From NCBI GenBank assembly GCA_050013755.1, contig JBEKER010000001.1, forward strand, positions 37,595-101,594: 64,000 nt of DNA. The letters run 5' to 3'. The DNA comes from Halobacteriota archaeon. Its GTDB lineage: Archaea; Halobacteriota; Bog-38; Methanoflorentales; Methanoflorentaceae. Position 1 is the stretch's first letter, and every line of letters starts with the position of its first letter. Made by a program: the position numbers and the translations under genes. The notes below the pieces were generated by a model. That model was not told the origin of the DNA. It did not search any database and saw only the letters and a list, made by a program, of their open reading frames with translations. Below are positions 1-9,842 of this stretch, piece by piece.

Positions 1-872
1 GACTGCAAATAGTGCTCATCAGATAACAGTCGAACGCTTGTTGAAGTAAATCCTTGCATTTGAGGCAGTGGACCACTGATTTCCGTGCGAGGCTACCAGT
101 TTTATGTCCCCACGAACGGACATTGTCTCGCAAACGCCGGACAGTCCTTAGTGCGGTACGGGCGCTCTCCTGTCGTAGGCCGCCGCGCTAAGCGGGAGGC
201 CATCTATTTGTTCCCTGACCCGAAGTGCGCATGAGGTTTAGCAGGAACAATCTGGGGGCGGGAGCACAGATGCCGACCGCACTGCATTTTTTTATAAGGC
301 ATCAGCTTCGTAGCGAATAATCTCTAATAGAGCAGAGGCATGTCGACAATGTTTTGGTTGCACAGCACGCGAAAACGCGCGTTTCAGTTTCAATAACACA
401 ATTAAAGTTGTGCACAGCTTTTTCATTGACAACTTTTGCCAAAAGGCTAAGTCTGGTCGCCATTTATTTCAAGCGGAACTGAGATCCAGTGCGGCCTTTG
501 CGAGAGCATGTGATCGAAGTGACGTTAAAATGCAAATCGTTTCTAAACTAATGCTTTCCAGGGAGCTGTGTTGAAATATTCCAACTCTCTGGATTCGCCC
601 AAAGCCATATCGACTAGTCGTAAAACCGCTCGTTCGGTAAAAAAAGGCTCAAATGCCAAGCCAGCTAACGAGCAACAATGAAATTCAACGCCAGTATGAT
701 TGCTGCGGAGAGGACGCACGCGACCAGGATTGAGCGAGGGTTGACGTGTATGGCGTTCTTATCTTCTGATTCGTAGTATCGCACCAAACCAGCGCTTGAC
801 ATAGGCCCTGCTGTTTGGCGCTTCCCTTTCGCCATAGGTTCAAATACAGTTTGCTATGACTTATACGTTGCT

Positions 873-1973
873 ATGGACTACGTCGTCGGTGGAAGGATTC
901 TAAACGGCAGCGATTTTGAAGTGATAACGGGCTACGTCCACGTGGAATCAGGCAGAATCGCCGAAATAGAAGAACGGTCAGATGTCAAGCCAGATAACTG
1001 CAGGGCAAGCGGGATCATCATGCCTGCTTTGATCAACGCGCACACCCATCTCGGAGATTCTATAATCAAAGATGTGCCGTTCGATAGCCTAGATACTCTT
1101 GTAAAACCTCCTCACGGGTTAAAGCACCGCGCATTACGCGACGCAGCACCGAAAGCCTTGATCGAAGCGATGCGCAAGTCACTTCTAGACGCTCTAGCGA
1201 GTGGGACGACCGCGCTTGCCGATTTTAGGGAGGGGGGTGCCATCGGCGCTAACGCGCTGAAAACTGCAGTCCGCTCAGTGAAAAAAGTGCAGGTGATGAT
1301 TCTTGGTCGGCCAGATAATGGACGGGATTATATAGTAGAAGATGAGATTGATACTATTCTCGATATCGCGCACGGCCTTGGGGTAAGCGGAAGTAGTGAT
1401 GTCAGCAACTCATCACTGAGAGCAATGATCGACAAGGCACGCGCACGCCGCAAGTTTGTTGCCATTCACGCAGGCGAAAAAGATGCTTCTGATATTGATT
1501 CCGCTATCGCTTTGAATCCCGATTGTCTCATTCATATGACCTACGCATCTCAGCACCAGATTGAAAGCGGCATTCCCATCGTGGTGTGTCCTCGGTCAAA
1601 CCTAGTTACCGGCGTTGGATTGCCTTTTCTGCACCCGCCAATAGCTCAAATGCAGCAGACGACCACCGCTGGGCTCGGCACGGACAATGTGATGTTCAAC
1701 TCACTCAACATGTTTGCAGAAATGGAGTTCACGTCAAAAGCGTTTTTGCGCGACGACCGCAAAGTGCTCGAAATGGCAACGCTAAATAATGCTAGGATAA
1801 TGGGGCTTGCTAACGAAATCGGCTCTATTGACCTTGGCAAGAAAGCTAGTCTCCTAGTCCTCAACGACCGGTCAAATAACCTCTTCGGGACTAAGAACGT
1901 CATAAGTAGCGTGGTTAGAAGAGCTCGTCCCGATGACATCGCTCTTCTCACTCACGGGGGGCAAGGTGCTTAA
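873..1973 (+). CDS. metal-dependent amidohydrolase family protein (MtaD/SsnA-like deaminase-type)
   Basis: 366 aa ORF; N-terminal metal-binding motif 'INAHTHLGDS' typical of Amidohydro_1 TIM-barrel hydrolases; no competing ORF. Confidence 0.7.
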   Translation: MDYVVGGRILNGSDFEVITGYVHVESGRIAEIEERSDVKPDNCRASGIIMPALINAHTHLGDSIIKDVPFDSLDTLVKPPHGLKHRALRDAAPKALIEAMRKSLLDALASGTTALADFREGGAIGANALKTAVRSVKKVQVMILGRPDNGRDYIVEDEIDTILDIAHGLGVSGSSDVSNSSLRAMIDKARARRKFVAIHAGEKDASDIDSAIALNPDCLIHMTYASQHQIESGIPIVVCPRSNLVTGVGLPFLHPPIAQMQQTTTAGLGTDNVMFNSLNMFAEMEFTSKAFLRDDRKVLEMATLNNARIMGLANEIGSIDLGKKASLLVLNDRSNNLFGTKNVISSVVRRARPDDIALLTHGGQGA

Positions 1974-2141
1974 ACGTGAACTTCGACAACTAGAGCCTGC
2001 GAGGCTTCGCAGTCAGCAGGCAAAACGCGCACGTGCTCAGAATGGTCGGCGTGCAAATGGGTATTTATACTGCCGATTTCAAAGCTACGCGCTCGCGACC
2101 CATCGGTGCCTGAACTGCGTCGCGGCTACTGAGGTTCCAAG

Positions 2142-2978
2142 ATGATGAAAGTCGAAGATGTGATGACGAGGGACGTCGTCTTCGTTGAGGTTCCAGGATC
2201 GCGAGATACGGCTCTCAAAATTATGAAGGACAAAGGGATAACAAGCTTACCTGTTGTGAAGAATCACAAGCTTGCAGGCATAGTCACGAGAGGAGACATA
2301 TTTCGAAACCCTGAGGAGGACCAAATAGCACTTCTCATGACAAGGCAGCCCGTTTTTGTGTCTCCGAACGCGACCATCAACGATGCGGCTAGGATTCTCG
2401 TAGAAAATATCATCAGGCGGATGCCAGTTGTGGATGACTCGGAACTCGTCGGTTTCATCACGGTAACGGATATCGTAAGCGCCATAGCGGATATGGATAT
2501 TGAGACCCCCGTTGATGACTATATCATTCGCGAAATAGTCGCAGTTTGGGAAATGACGCCGGTTAATGTTGTAGGTGAAATCATGAAACTTGCAAATGCC
2601 GACGCGAGCCCAGTGCTTGATTCGGCAAACAGGGTTGTTGGCATCGCTACAGAAAGCGCCCTTTTGAAAGCCAGCAAGATCGAAGATACAACCGAAAAGG
2701 CGGATCTGTCCGCAGGCTCGGATGAGGACGCGTGGACCTGGGAAGCGGTCAGGGACACGATGAGTCTGTACTATGGTGTTTCCAGAGTGGAGCTTCCGAG
2801 CGTGCCGGTAAAGGATATAATGATGGCCGAATACGAATCAATTTATCACAAAACAGGAATAAGTGAATGCGCGAGACAAATGCGGCGTTTCGACGTTGAG
2901 CTTTTACCGGTCGTCACTGCAGATGAAAAACTTGAAGGGATCATAAAGGATTCAGACCTCGTCAAAGTCTTGCTTTAA
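2142..2978 (+). CDS. CBS domain-containing protein (four tandem CBS modules)
   Basis: 278 aa; repeated '...VMTRDVVFV...', '...LMTRQPVFVSP...', '...KDIMMAEYESI...' CBS-pair patterns. Confidence 0.8.
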   Translation: MMKVEDVMTRDVVFVEVPGSRDTALKIMKDKGITSLPVVKNHKLAGIVTRGDIFRNPEEDQIALLMTRQPVFVSPNATINDAARILVENIIRRMPVVDDSELVGFITVTDIVSAIADMDIETPVDDYIIREIVAVWEMTPVNVVGEIMKLANADASPVLDSANRVVGIATESALLKASKIEDTTEKADLSAGSDEDAWTWEAVRDTMSLYYGVSRVELPSVPVKDIMMAEYESIYHKTGISECARQMRRFDVELLPVVTADEKLEGIIKDSDLVKVLL

Positions 2979-3044
2979 ACGGGCTGGTGCGGTCAAGCAC
3001 GCAGTTTAAGAAGTTAAGCCTTTAAGCGGTAATGACCGACGCGG

Positions 3045-3052
3045 TTTTTTTT
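3045..3052 (+). terminator. oligo-T tract (T8) downstream of the CBS gene, archaeal intrinsic terminator candidate
   Basis: 'gcggTTTTTTTTagac' about 70 nt after the stop codon at 2978. Confidence 0.45.
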
Positions 3053-3168
3053 AGACAGTGGATGGTTCTCGCCTCCGTCGTTGTGATTCCACGCGATGCG
3101 GCGTGCATACACAATCGTTAAGTTCTCGGAACAGAACGTACACGCAAAGAAGAAGGCTGATTTAGGAT

Positions 3169-4224
3169 ATGCGTCGATTCGCAGTGCTGGCACTTTCACT
3201 GAGTTGGGCATTTATTGCGCTCGTAGCATTTGCACCGTTGGCAGAAGCGACAGTGGTCATTCCTCACCAAGCAACTATCGCACAGCTCGATACGGGTGGG
3301 AACATTTTCAATCAAATTGACAGCTTATACAACAACTTCACAAAGCGATTGGAAGACATCAATCCGTTAGCGCCGCAACAAACTGCGACGCCGTCTGTCA
3401 AAATCGCCGCTGTAAAAACTGCTACTACTGGACAATCTCCCGCGACCCCACAAGTTATCGTTACGCTACAAAACGGAAAAGTCGCTCTTGATGGAGTCCG
3501 AGTTGACGTCATTTATAAGGACACGGCGGGCGCAAACGTCACCTCAGACAGCGCCGTGGTTGCGTTAAAGGTGGACGAAACGCGTTCCATAACGTTCACA
3601 CCAATGAGTTTGCCAGTGGGTAGTTATACGATCGGTGTGGTCGTTTACAAGACCGGCACCGATCCATCAGATCAGGCGACACCCCCCTATGATACACAGC
3701 AAAACGCGGCAACGCTTGCAATCGCAAGCCCCACCCCCGCTACCGCAGCAGCAGGAAAAGCAGGAGATCCCGGGACGGATAACGCTGGCGATGTTCTAAC
3801 GCATCTCAATAGCTGGGTATACTTTGTAATCGCAATCACTGCGCTCATTTCCATCGCGCTCTTTTTTGTCTTCTCGCAAAACAGGTCTGGAGAAGACCGT
3901 TACGAGGAAGATCATTTCAGAAGAGACGGCTATCCGGCTGGAGGCAGCGGCGTGTTTGACGCTCCTGCATTGCGTTATGAGCCACCGTCAGGAGACCGCT
4001 CACACGACAGTGCGTCTGACGCAGTCTCTGGACGACGGCCGTCTAGAACGATAGAAGTGGACGCGTCTGAACGGGCGCCTGGAGACCCAGGAAGAACCAG
4101 GGCGAAAACTTCTCCTCGTTCAGCCGAGGACGTGCCGCAATTCGATGCCGATGGGTTCGTTGTCGGCGATGTGACGTCGAAAAAGGCACTGAGGAACAAG
4201 ATACGAGGAAAGCGAGGCGCTTAG
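3169..4224 (+). CDS. type I membrane protein: signal peptide, extracellular domain, single TM, disordered charged cytoplasmic tail
   Basis: N-terminal hydrophobic signal 'FAVLALSLSWAFIALVAFAPLAEA'; TM 'WVYFVIAITALISIALFFVF'; C-terminal ~130 aa rich in D/R/S/G/P. Confidence 0.6.
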   Translation: MRRFAVLALSLSWAFIALVAFAPLAEATVVIPHQATIAQLDTGGNIFNQIDSLYNNFTKRLEDINPLAPQQTATPSVKIAAVKTATTGQSPATPQVIVTLQNGKVALDGVRVDVIYKDTAGANVTSDSAVVALKVDETRSITFTPMSLPVGSYTIGVVVYKTGTDPSDQATPPYDTQQNAATLAIASPTPATAAAGKAGDPGTDNAGDVLTHLNSWVYFVIAITALISIALFFVFSQNRSGEDRYEEDHFRRDGYPAGGSGVFDAPALRYEPPSGDRSHDSASDAVSGRRPSRTIEVDASERAPGDPGRTRAKTSPRSAEDVPQFDADGFVVGDVTSKKALRNKIRGKRGA

Positions 4225-4282
4225 CCACTTTCGTTCGGCTTAAATCTTCTGGTCGAGTGCACGTCATAGTGCTCCAAAAGCG

Positions 4283-5293
4283 CTACCCCCATAGTGCATC
4301 TGTGTCGAGGTTCTGTCGAACGGTTTCTTTTATCAAGCTGATTTTGCGACTGTCGGATGGATCGATCCGCGCTGTAAGTCTCTCTACGCGTTCGGCTGCG
4401 GTAAGCGTATCTAAGTGAACCAGGATCACGCTTACACCGAGCTCTTGTGCTCGCGCGATCACGTGATTGGCGGGATAGAGTCCTCCAGTTAGCACAAGGC
4501 ACGACGTCGAAGTCGACAACGCGGCAAGCTGCAAATCGGCTCTGTCACCTCCAGTGATCACCGCCTTCGCGGGAACCTGTCTGAAGTACTTGAGTGCAGA
4601 TTCCGGCGTCATGGCGCCGATCAGGACCTTCTCGATAAGGCGGTCCTCTCCCTCGACTATGACTTCTCCACCAAGTTCTTCGGCTATTTCGTAGCTGTGA
4701 AGGGCTTTCAACTCCTTTAAGAACGGGATTGACCCGACAATGTTTATGCCTCGTTTAATCATGTAGTTTTCGAATCCAGGATCTTGTGATTGATTCAACA
4801 CAACGCCTTTGAGCCTGACCTTGAGCTTTTCGAGAAGAAGTTTGGTCATTGCTACCTTATCAAGCGAGTATATGTCGGTCACGAGCAAGATCTCGGTGTC
4901 GAGTTTTCGAGCAAGCTGGACGCTTGAAATGTCGTGAATGAAGCCTGTGCTAATATCTTTCGTCCCTTCGAGCAAAACTGCCTGTTTGCCACCGCAAATA
5001 CGGTTTAGGCCGCAGATGATGTCCTCTGCTTTGATGCCTTTAAATAGATTGTATGTAAAAGGCGAAAGCAACGACTCTTCTTCTAAGTTGAGGACGCTCC
5101 TCATCAGATACGCGTCCTCCTCGACCAAGTTTCCGTCAATTGCGATGAGATTCTCGCGGATAGGCTTGTAGAAGCCCAGTACTCCTGTAAAGTTCAAAGC
5201 AAGGCCTAAAGCGATTATAGTTTTGCCACTGCGTTCAGATACTGAACTTACAACAAGTGTCGGTACATCGCACTTAGATTCCAAGTTATCCAC
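4283..5293 (-). CDS. phosphotransacetylase N-terminal-like protein (CobQ/BioD-like nucleotide-binding + DRTGG domain), standalone
   Basis: 336 aa; C-terminal 'VITGGDRADLQLAALSTSTSCLVLTGG' matches the DRTGG domain of the Pta N-terminal regulatory region; lies directly downstream of ACD on the same strand. Confidence 0.65.
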   Translation of the reverse strand: MDNLESKCDVPTLVVSSVSERSGKTIIALGLALNFTGVLGFYKPIRENLIAIDGNLVEEDAYLMRSVLNLEEESLLSPFTYNLFKGIKAEDIICGLNRICGGKQAVLLEGTKDISTGFIHDISSVQLARKLDTEILLVTDIYSLDKVAMTKLLLEKLKVRLKGVVLNQSQDPGFENYMIKRGINIVGSIPFLKELKALHSYEIAEELGGEVIVEGEDRLIEKVLIGAMTPESALKYFRQVPAKAVITGGDRADLQLAALSTSTSCLVLTGGLYPANHVIARAQELGVSVILVHLDTLTAAERVERLTARIDPSDSRKISLIKETVRQNLDTDALWG

Positions 5294-5315
5294 CTCTCAA
5301 GTTTTTTGGTTAGTA

Positions 5316-7448
5316 CTACGGTCTCCCGCTTATCACTACGAGTGCGTCCACCGCAATGCACCCATTTTCCTGAACCATCAGCGGGTTGATCTCTATTTCT
5401 TGGATTTCTTCGAAGTCCTGGCTGATTTGGCTGACGCGCACGATCGTATCGGCCACCGCGTTGATATCGAGGGCTTTTCTGCCGCGCGTACCTAGCAGAA
5501 TCGGGTATGATTTAACCTCCGAAATCATCTGCTTTGCTTCGGCGACGGTTATCGGCGCCAACCTATGCGACACGTCTTTTAGCACTTCTACGTACAAGCC
5601 CCCCAAGCCGAAGGTGATAAAAGGTCCGAATTGGGGATCGCAAGTGACCCCAACGATGACCTCCTCGCCTTCAACCATCTCTTCGATTATCACCCCTCCA
5701 ATGCGCGCTTGAGGCATGCGCTTGTTGATGTTGGCATATATTTGATCAAAAGCGTTTTTAGCCGCCCTATCGTTGCTTATGCCCGTGATGACCCCCCCTA
5801 CGTCGGTCTTGTGGGCAATGTCTGGCGAGCTCACCTTCATAACGATAGGATATCCGATCTCGCGTGCCGCTTGAATGACTTTGTCCCGCCGAGTAACGAC
5901 GGTCTCTCTAGGGGTGTTCATCCCGTAAGCTCGCAGCACGTCTTTACCTTCTTCTTCTGTCAAAGTCGTTCGTCCCTCAGACCGAACTGCTTCAAGGCGT
6001 AAAAGAGCAGCACGGTTCTGTCCGCTTCTTAGCTCCGTCGGTTCGCGCTCTGAGGATGTCGCAATCTCCCTAAACTTGATGAGGTTACGCGCCGCCCTGA
6101 CTGCGGTTTCTGGACTATCAAAGTTCGCCGCGCTGCCGCGTTTTAACTTTTCGCGCGCATTGTTCAGCTCTTTTCCTCCAATGAACGAGGTAATGATGGG
6201 TTTGCTTGTGTGCAACGACAGTCTATTGATTAGGTCGGCAGTCTCTTCAGGTTCCGTCATGGCTTGTGGGGTGAGAAGTAGGATTACTCCGCCGACATTT
6301 TGATCGGCCAAAATGATCTCGAGCGTCGCTACATATCGGCGCGGCTTCGCATCCCCGAGAATGTCGATCGGGTTGTAGATGTTGCTCTCTTGAGGTAGCG
6401 CATTTCGCAGTGCTTCTATTGTCTCTGTGGTGAAGTTCGCCAGAGGCACGCCGCACTCGGTGCTTGCGTCGCTCGCAAGAACGCCCGGCCCCCCTGCATT
6501 CGTTATGATCGCTACACCGGGAATTTTTGGAATCGGACAGCGCGAGAAGGCTTTCGCGGCGTCGAAGAATTCGTCAATCGAATTCACCCGTAAAATCCCT
6601 GACTGTTTGAACGCTGCGTCATATGCGGCATCTGAGCCGGCGAGCGCGCCAGTGTGAGAGGAGGCTGCTTTGGCCCCCATATCGGTCCGGCCGGCTTTGA
6701 GTGCGATAACAGGCTTGAGCCTTGAAACCTCTTTCGAGACCTGCATAAACTCGCGCCCATTATCAATACCCTCGACGTAGAGCGCAACAACGCGCGTCGA
6801 AGGATCGCGTGCGATGTAACCCAAAAGCTCAGCTTCAGTTACATCGACCTTGTTTCCGACACTCACTAATTTGTCAAATCCAAGGCTTTCATTAGCCGCC
6901 CAGTCGAGAAAAGACGTGCAGATTGCCCCACTTTGCGATATCAACGAAATGCCACCTTTGACCGGATACTCGCTTGCGAAAGAAGCATTCAAGTTGGCAC
7001 CAGTGCTCATGATGCCCAAGCAGTTGGGACCGACGATTCGAATCCCATATTTTTTGGATATCTCCCGAATTTGTGCCTCGAGCTTTGCGCCTTGCGCGCC
7101 AGATTCTCGAAATCCTGCTGATATAATTATTGCTGCCTTTACGCCGACGCGCGCTGATTCTTGCAAAACAGCAGGGACGATTTTTGCTGGAACGACTATG
7201 ACTGCGAGGTCGACCTTCTTTGCCGTGTGCAAAGTTTTTAACCCTAAGATCGCATCGGCGTTCGGGTTGACGGGAACAAGTTCTCCGTGGAAGTTGGCAT
7301 CGAGGAGGTTCTTCAGCACCGAATGTCCCACTTTGTCCTCTTCGCGGGCGGCGCCAATGACCGCTATCGATCTCGGATAAAAGAAGTCATTCATCTTATC
7401 CTTTTTAGCGTTCTCGACAGTAATAAACATATCTCGACGATTCAGCAA
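5316..7448 (-). CDS. acd: acetyl-CoA synthetase (ADP-forming), fused alpha+beta domains (NDP-forming acyl-CoA synthetase)
   Basis: 710 aa; N-terminal CoA-binding 'FFYPRSIAVIGAAREEDKVGHSVLKNL'; succinyl-CoA-synthetase-like ligase-CoA domains; C-terminal ATP-grasp. Confidence 0.85.
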   Translation of the reverse strand: MLNRRDMFITVENAKKDKMNDFFYPRSIAVIGAAREEDKVGHSVLKNLLDANFHGELVPVNPNADAILGLKTLHTAKKVDLAVIVVPAKIVPAVLQESARVGVKAAIIISAGFRESGAQGAKLEAQIREISKKYGIRIVGPNCLGIMSTGANLNASFASEYPVKGGISLISQSGAICTSFLDWAANESLGFDKLVSVGNKVDVTEAELLGYIARDPSTRVVALYVEGIDNGREFMQVSKEVSRLKPVIALKAGRTDMGAKAASSHTGALAGSDAAYDAAFKQSGILRVNSIDEFFDAAKAFSRCPIPKIPGVAIITNAGGPGVLASDASTECGVPLANFTTETIEALRNALPQESNIYNPIDILGDAKPRRYVATLEIILADQNVGGVILLLTPQAMTEPEETADLINRLSLHTSKPIITSFIGGKELNNAREKLKRGSAANFDSPETAVRAARNLIKFREIATSSEREPTELRSGQNRAALLRLEAVRSEGRTTLTEEEGKDVLRAYGMNTPRETVVTRRDKVIQAAREIGYPIVMKVSSPDIAHKTDVGGVITGISNDRAAKNAFDQIYANINKRMPQARIGGVIIEEMVEGEEVIVGVTCDPQFGPFITFGLGGLYVEVLKDVSHRLAPITVAEAKQMISEVKSYPILLGTRGRKALDINAVADTIVRVSQISQDFEEIQEIEINPLMVQENGCIAVDALVVISGRP

Positions 7449-7502
7449 TTCTGCGGCTCGGGTTCTTGATTATAACGATTGTGCCGCATTAGGACACTCG
7501 AA

Positions 7503-7512
7503 TGTTTTATAT
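7503..7512 (+). promoter_or_regulatory. archaeal TATA box (TTTTATATAT) upstream of the PGF-CTERM surface protein gene
   Basis: 'tgttttatatat' ending 46 nt before the likely true ATG at 7558, which is preceded by 'GGAGGT'. Confidence 0.5.
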
Positions 7513-7557
7513 ATGAACTTGCCGATAATGGTTGAGAAACTATTGGAGGTACCCAGG

Positions 7558-8529
7558 ATGCCACGCTCGGCGAACAAAGTGACGCTGCTACTTCTATCTT
7601 CAATCGCGGTCTTGTTGATACTAAGCGCAGTCATAACCCCTACATCCGCAACGCAGATTGTACAACTTCAACCCACAACCGTTAATTCAGGTAGCAGTGT
7701 CATCGTGCAAGCGAACATGGCGCGAAATGGAAGCACGGTCACGTTATCTTATTACTATGACAAAAACGGCAACGGCCTGGCCGACGACGCCGGCAGTTCG
7801 TGGATAAAAATAGCAGACGTCAAGGACGGCGGGGCGAACGACCGTGACAACAGTACCAATGGCTACATACAGTTCTTGTGGATGACTCCAGAGCTCCCCC
7901 CTGGGCAGTACATCTTTAAGGTTGCGGATCCCTACGGACCCACGAGGACGACTGAGTTCACTGTTCAAAACGCTCCGCTGAACCTCGTTCCAACAATTTA
8001 TGGATCTCAAGGAATCTCCGCCACAGGGCTCGTCAACACAGGGAACTCGTTCTCCGTCATTGCTATGGTAACGGGTAATTGTCGCCTTTGTCATCAGACC
8101 GATAATCCTACGACTCAAAACCCCGGCGTCAACTATACACAAGTCGAAAGTCTGTTTTCAGCTAATTTAAGCCAAATCACGGGAAGCCCTACTGATGGCT
8201 CAGTTCAGCCCAACATAGTACATCACCAGCAGCTGGATTGGACAGGAATCGCGAGCAAAACGCTTGCGAATAACCAAACACTTAGTGTCACCGTAACAGG
8301 CACTAATCCGGCAGGCAATTTGACCACGCAAGCAACAGCTTACGCCGGAGTCAACAAGGCGGTTAATATTGCGCCGACATCAACGAACCAGAACGCCAAC
8401 GGCACTGCGCAGAGTAGCGCCACGGCCCAATCAAGCGGTTCGAGCGGCAATCCCCTCCCGGGGTTCGAAATACCGATTGCGTTAGCCGGATTGACTTTTG
8501 TAGCATACGTGTTGAGCAGAAAGCGATAA
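7558..8529 (+). CDS. secreted cell-surface protein with C-terminal PGF-CTERM archaeosortase sorting signal
   Basis: Tracked ORF starts at 7513 but that ATG abuts the TATA box. Start at 7558 gives signal peptide 'MPRSANKVTLLLLSSIAVLLILSAV'. C-terminus 'PGFEIPIALAGLTFVAYVLSRKR' is the PGF motif + TM + basic tail. Thr/Asn/Ser/Gln-rich, probably glycosylated. Confidence 0.75.
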   Translation: MPRSANKVTLLLLSSIAVLLILSAVITPTSATQIVQLQPTTVNSGSSVIVQANMARNGSTVTLSYYYDKNGNGLADDAGSSWIKIADVKDGGANDRDNSTNGYIQFLWMTPELPPGQYIFKVADPYGPTRTTEFTVQNAPLNLVPTIYGSQGISATGLVNTGNSFSVIAMVTGNCRLCHQTDNPTTQNPGVNYTQVESLFSANLSQITGSPTDGSVQPNIVHHQQLDWTGIASKTLANNQTLSVTVTGTNPAGNLTTQATAYAGVNKAVNIAPTSTNQNANGTAQSSATAQSSGSSGNPLPGFEIPIALAGLTFVAYVLSRKR

Positions 8530-8565
8530 GTCTTCCGTCAACTGGAATAGCGCCTCGCTGTAATT

Positions 8566-9201
8566 TTGCCGCCGCACGGCGATTTCTCTCTACAAAGGTC
8601 TGTCAAGATGAGACAGCGTCAGCTTGAAATCATCCTCGAACAAGTGCAAGCGTTTGAATCCCCTTCCGCGGCGCGCGAACAATACACCACGTCAGCACCC
8701 GTTGCCGCCCAGCTTCTTTATTTTGCCTATATGCGTGGTGACATCGCCGGTCTGACAGTGGCGGATTTGGGCTGCGGGACAGGAGTCCTTGCCCTAGGCG
8801 CGGCGCTGCTGGGGGGCGTTGCGACGGGCGTTGATTCGGACGAGCGAGCACTAGAAGTCGCTCGAGCGAACGCGAAGCTACTCGGTGTGCAGGCTTCGTG
8901 GCTAAATAGCAGCATAGAAGACTTTGAAGGTTCGTTCGACACCGTCGTGATGAATCCTCCCTTCGGAGCTCAAAAGCGAAGCTCTGATAGGCCCTTCTTA
9001 AGCAAGTCAGTACGTGTGGGCAAAGTTATCTACTTGCTTCACAATGCTGTCGTAAACGGCTTTGTGAGGAGCTTTCTCGAGCCGCACCGCGTTACTGACG
9101 CAATACAGGTCAAACTGCCCATTGCACATACCTTTAAGTTTCATAAAGATGCAGTACGATACGTAGACGCGATAATTTATCGAATAGAAGTCGCTCTTTG
9201 A
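8566..9201 (+). CDS. predicted RNA methylase (COG2263 / METTL5-like N6-adenine methyltransferase, NPPF motif)
   Basis: SAM motif I 'VADLGCGTGVLALGAA'; motif IV 'VVMNPPFG'; conserved archaeal position next to csl4. Confidence 0.7.
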   Translation: MPPHGDFSLQRSVKMRQRQLEIILEQVQAFESPSAAREQYTTSAPVAAQLLYFAYMRGDIAGLTVADLGCGTGVLALGAALLGGVATGVDSDERALEVARANAKLLGVQASWLNSSIEDFEGSFDTVVMNPPFGAQKRSSDRPFLSKSVRVGKVIYLLHNAVVNGFVRSFLEPHRVTDAIQVKLPIAHTFKFHKDAVRYVDAIIYRIEVAL

Positions 9202-9242
9202 GTTATTGTTCTTAAATCTAAGAAGGAAGGAAAGGATAAGAA

Positions 9243-9800
9243 ATGACGGATTTGGTTGTACCAGGGGACCTTATAGGTGCTTCTGAAGAATATCTACCCG
9301 GCGACGGGACGTATGAAGACAGAGGCAAGATATTCGCCGCCTTAACGGGAAAAGTCGAAACTGACAAGAAAGACCGGACGGTACGAGTCCTACCCGTTAT
9401 GGAGACCCCACCCATGCTTAAGACGGGCGACATCGTGGTCGGCCGGGTGATCGACCTGAAGAATGCAGTCGTCCTCGTTGATATTGCAAGAATAAAAGGT
9501 CACGAAGACCGCGAAATCGCAAATGCAGATCAAGGAGCCATTCATATTTCAAACGTGAAGGACTCATACGTCGCGAAGCTGGAAACCGAGTTTAGCCAGC
9601 AAGACATTATAAAGGCGAGAGTAATAGACGAAAGGAGCTTAAGATTGAGCACGGTTGAAAAGGATTTAGGCGTGATAAAGGCGCTCTGCTCGAGATGCCG
9701 CATGCCACTCGTGCGGAAGCAGAACAAGCTCGAATGTCCAAGCTGCGAGTGTATCGAAACGCGAAAGATCTCGGAGGACTACGGAAAGGGCGTAATCTAA
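9243..9800 (+). CDS. csl4: exosome complex RNA-binding subunit Csl4
   Basis: 185 aa; N-terminal beta domain, S1 domain, C-terminal zinc ribbon 'CSRCRMPLVRKQNKLECPSCECIE'. Confidence 0.8.
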   Translation: MTDLVVPGDLIGASEEYLPGDGTYEDRGKIFAALTGKVETDKKDRTVRVLPVMETPPMLKTGDIVVGRVIDLKNAVVLVDIARIKGHEDREIANADQGAIHISNVKDSYVAKLETEFSQQDIIKARVIDERSLRLSTVEKDLGVIKALCSRCRMPLVRKQNKLECPSCECIETRKISEDYGKGVI

Positions 9801-9842
9801 GGCACTTTTTGTTGTCCACCTGTTTTCAAAGATCTCTAGACA

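Noticed and set aside
820-860. 'ataggttcaaatacag' T-loop-like motif in the 5' non-coding region
   Set aside because: No complementary T-stem/acceptor arms. Not a tRNA
7513-7557. Upstream extension of the PGF-CTERM protein ORF (MNLPIMVEKLLEVPR)
   Set aside because: Its ATG directly abuts the TATA box 'TTTTATATAT', so it cannot be downstream of the TSS. The ATG at 7558 has an SD-like GGAGGT and yields a proper signal peptide
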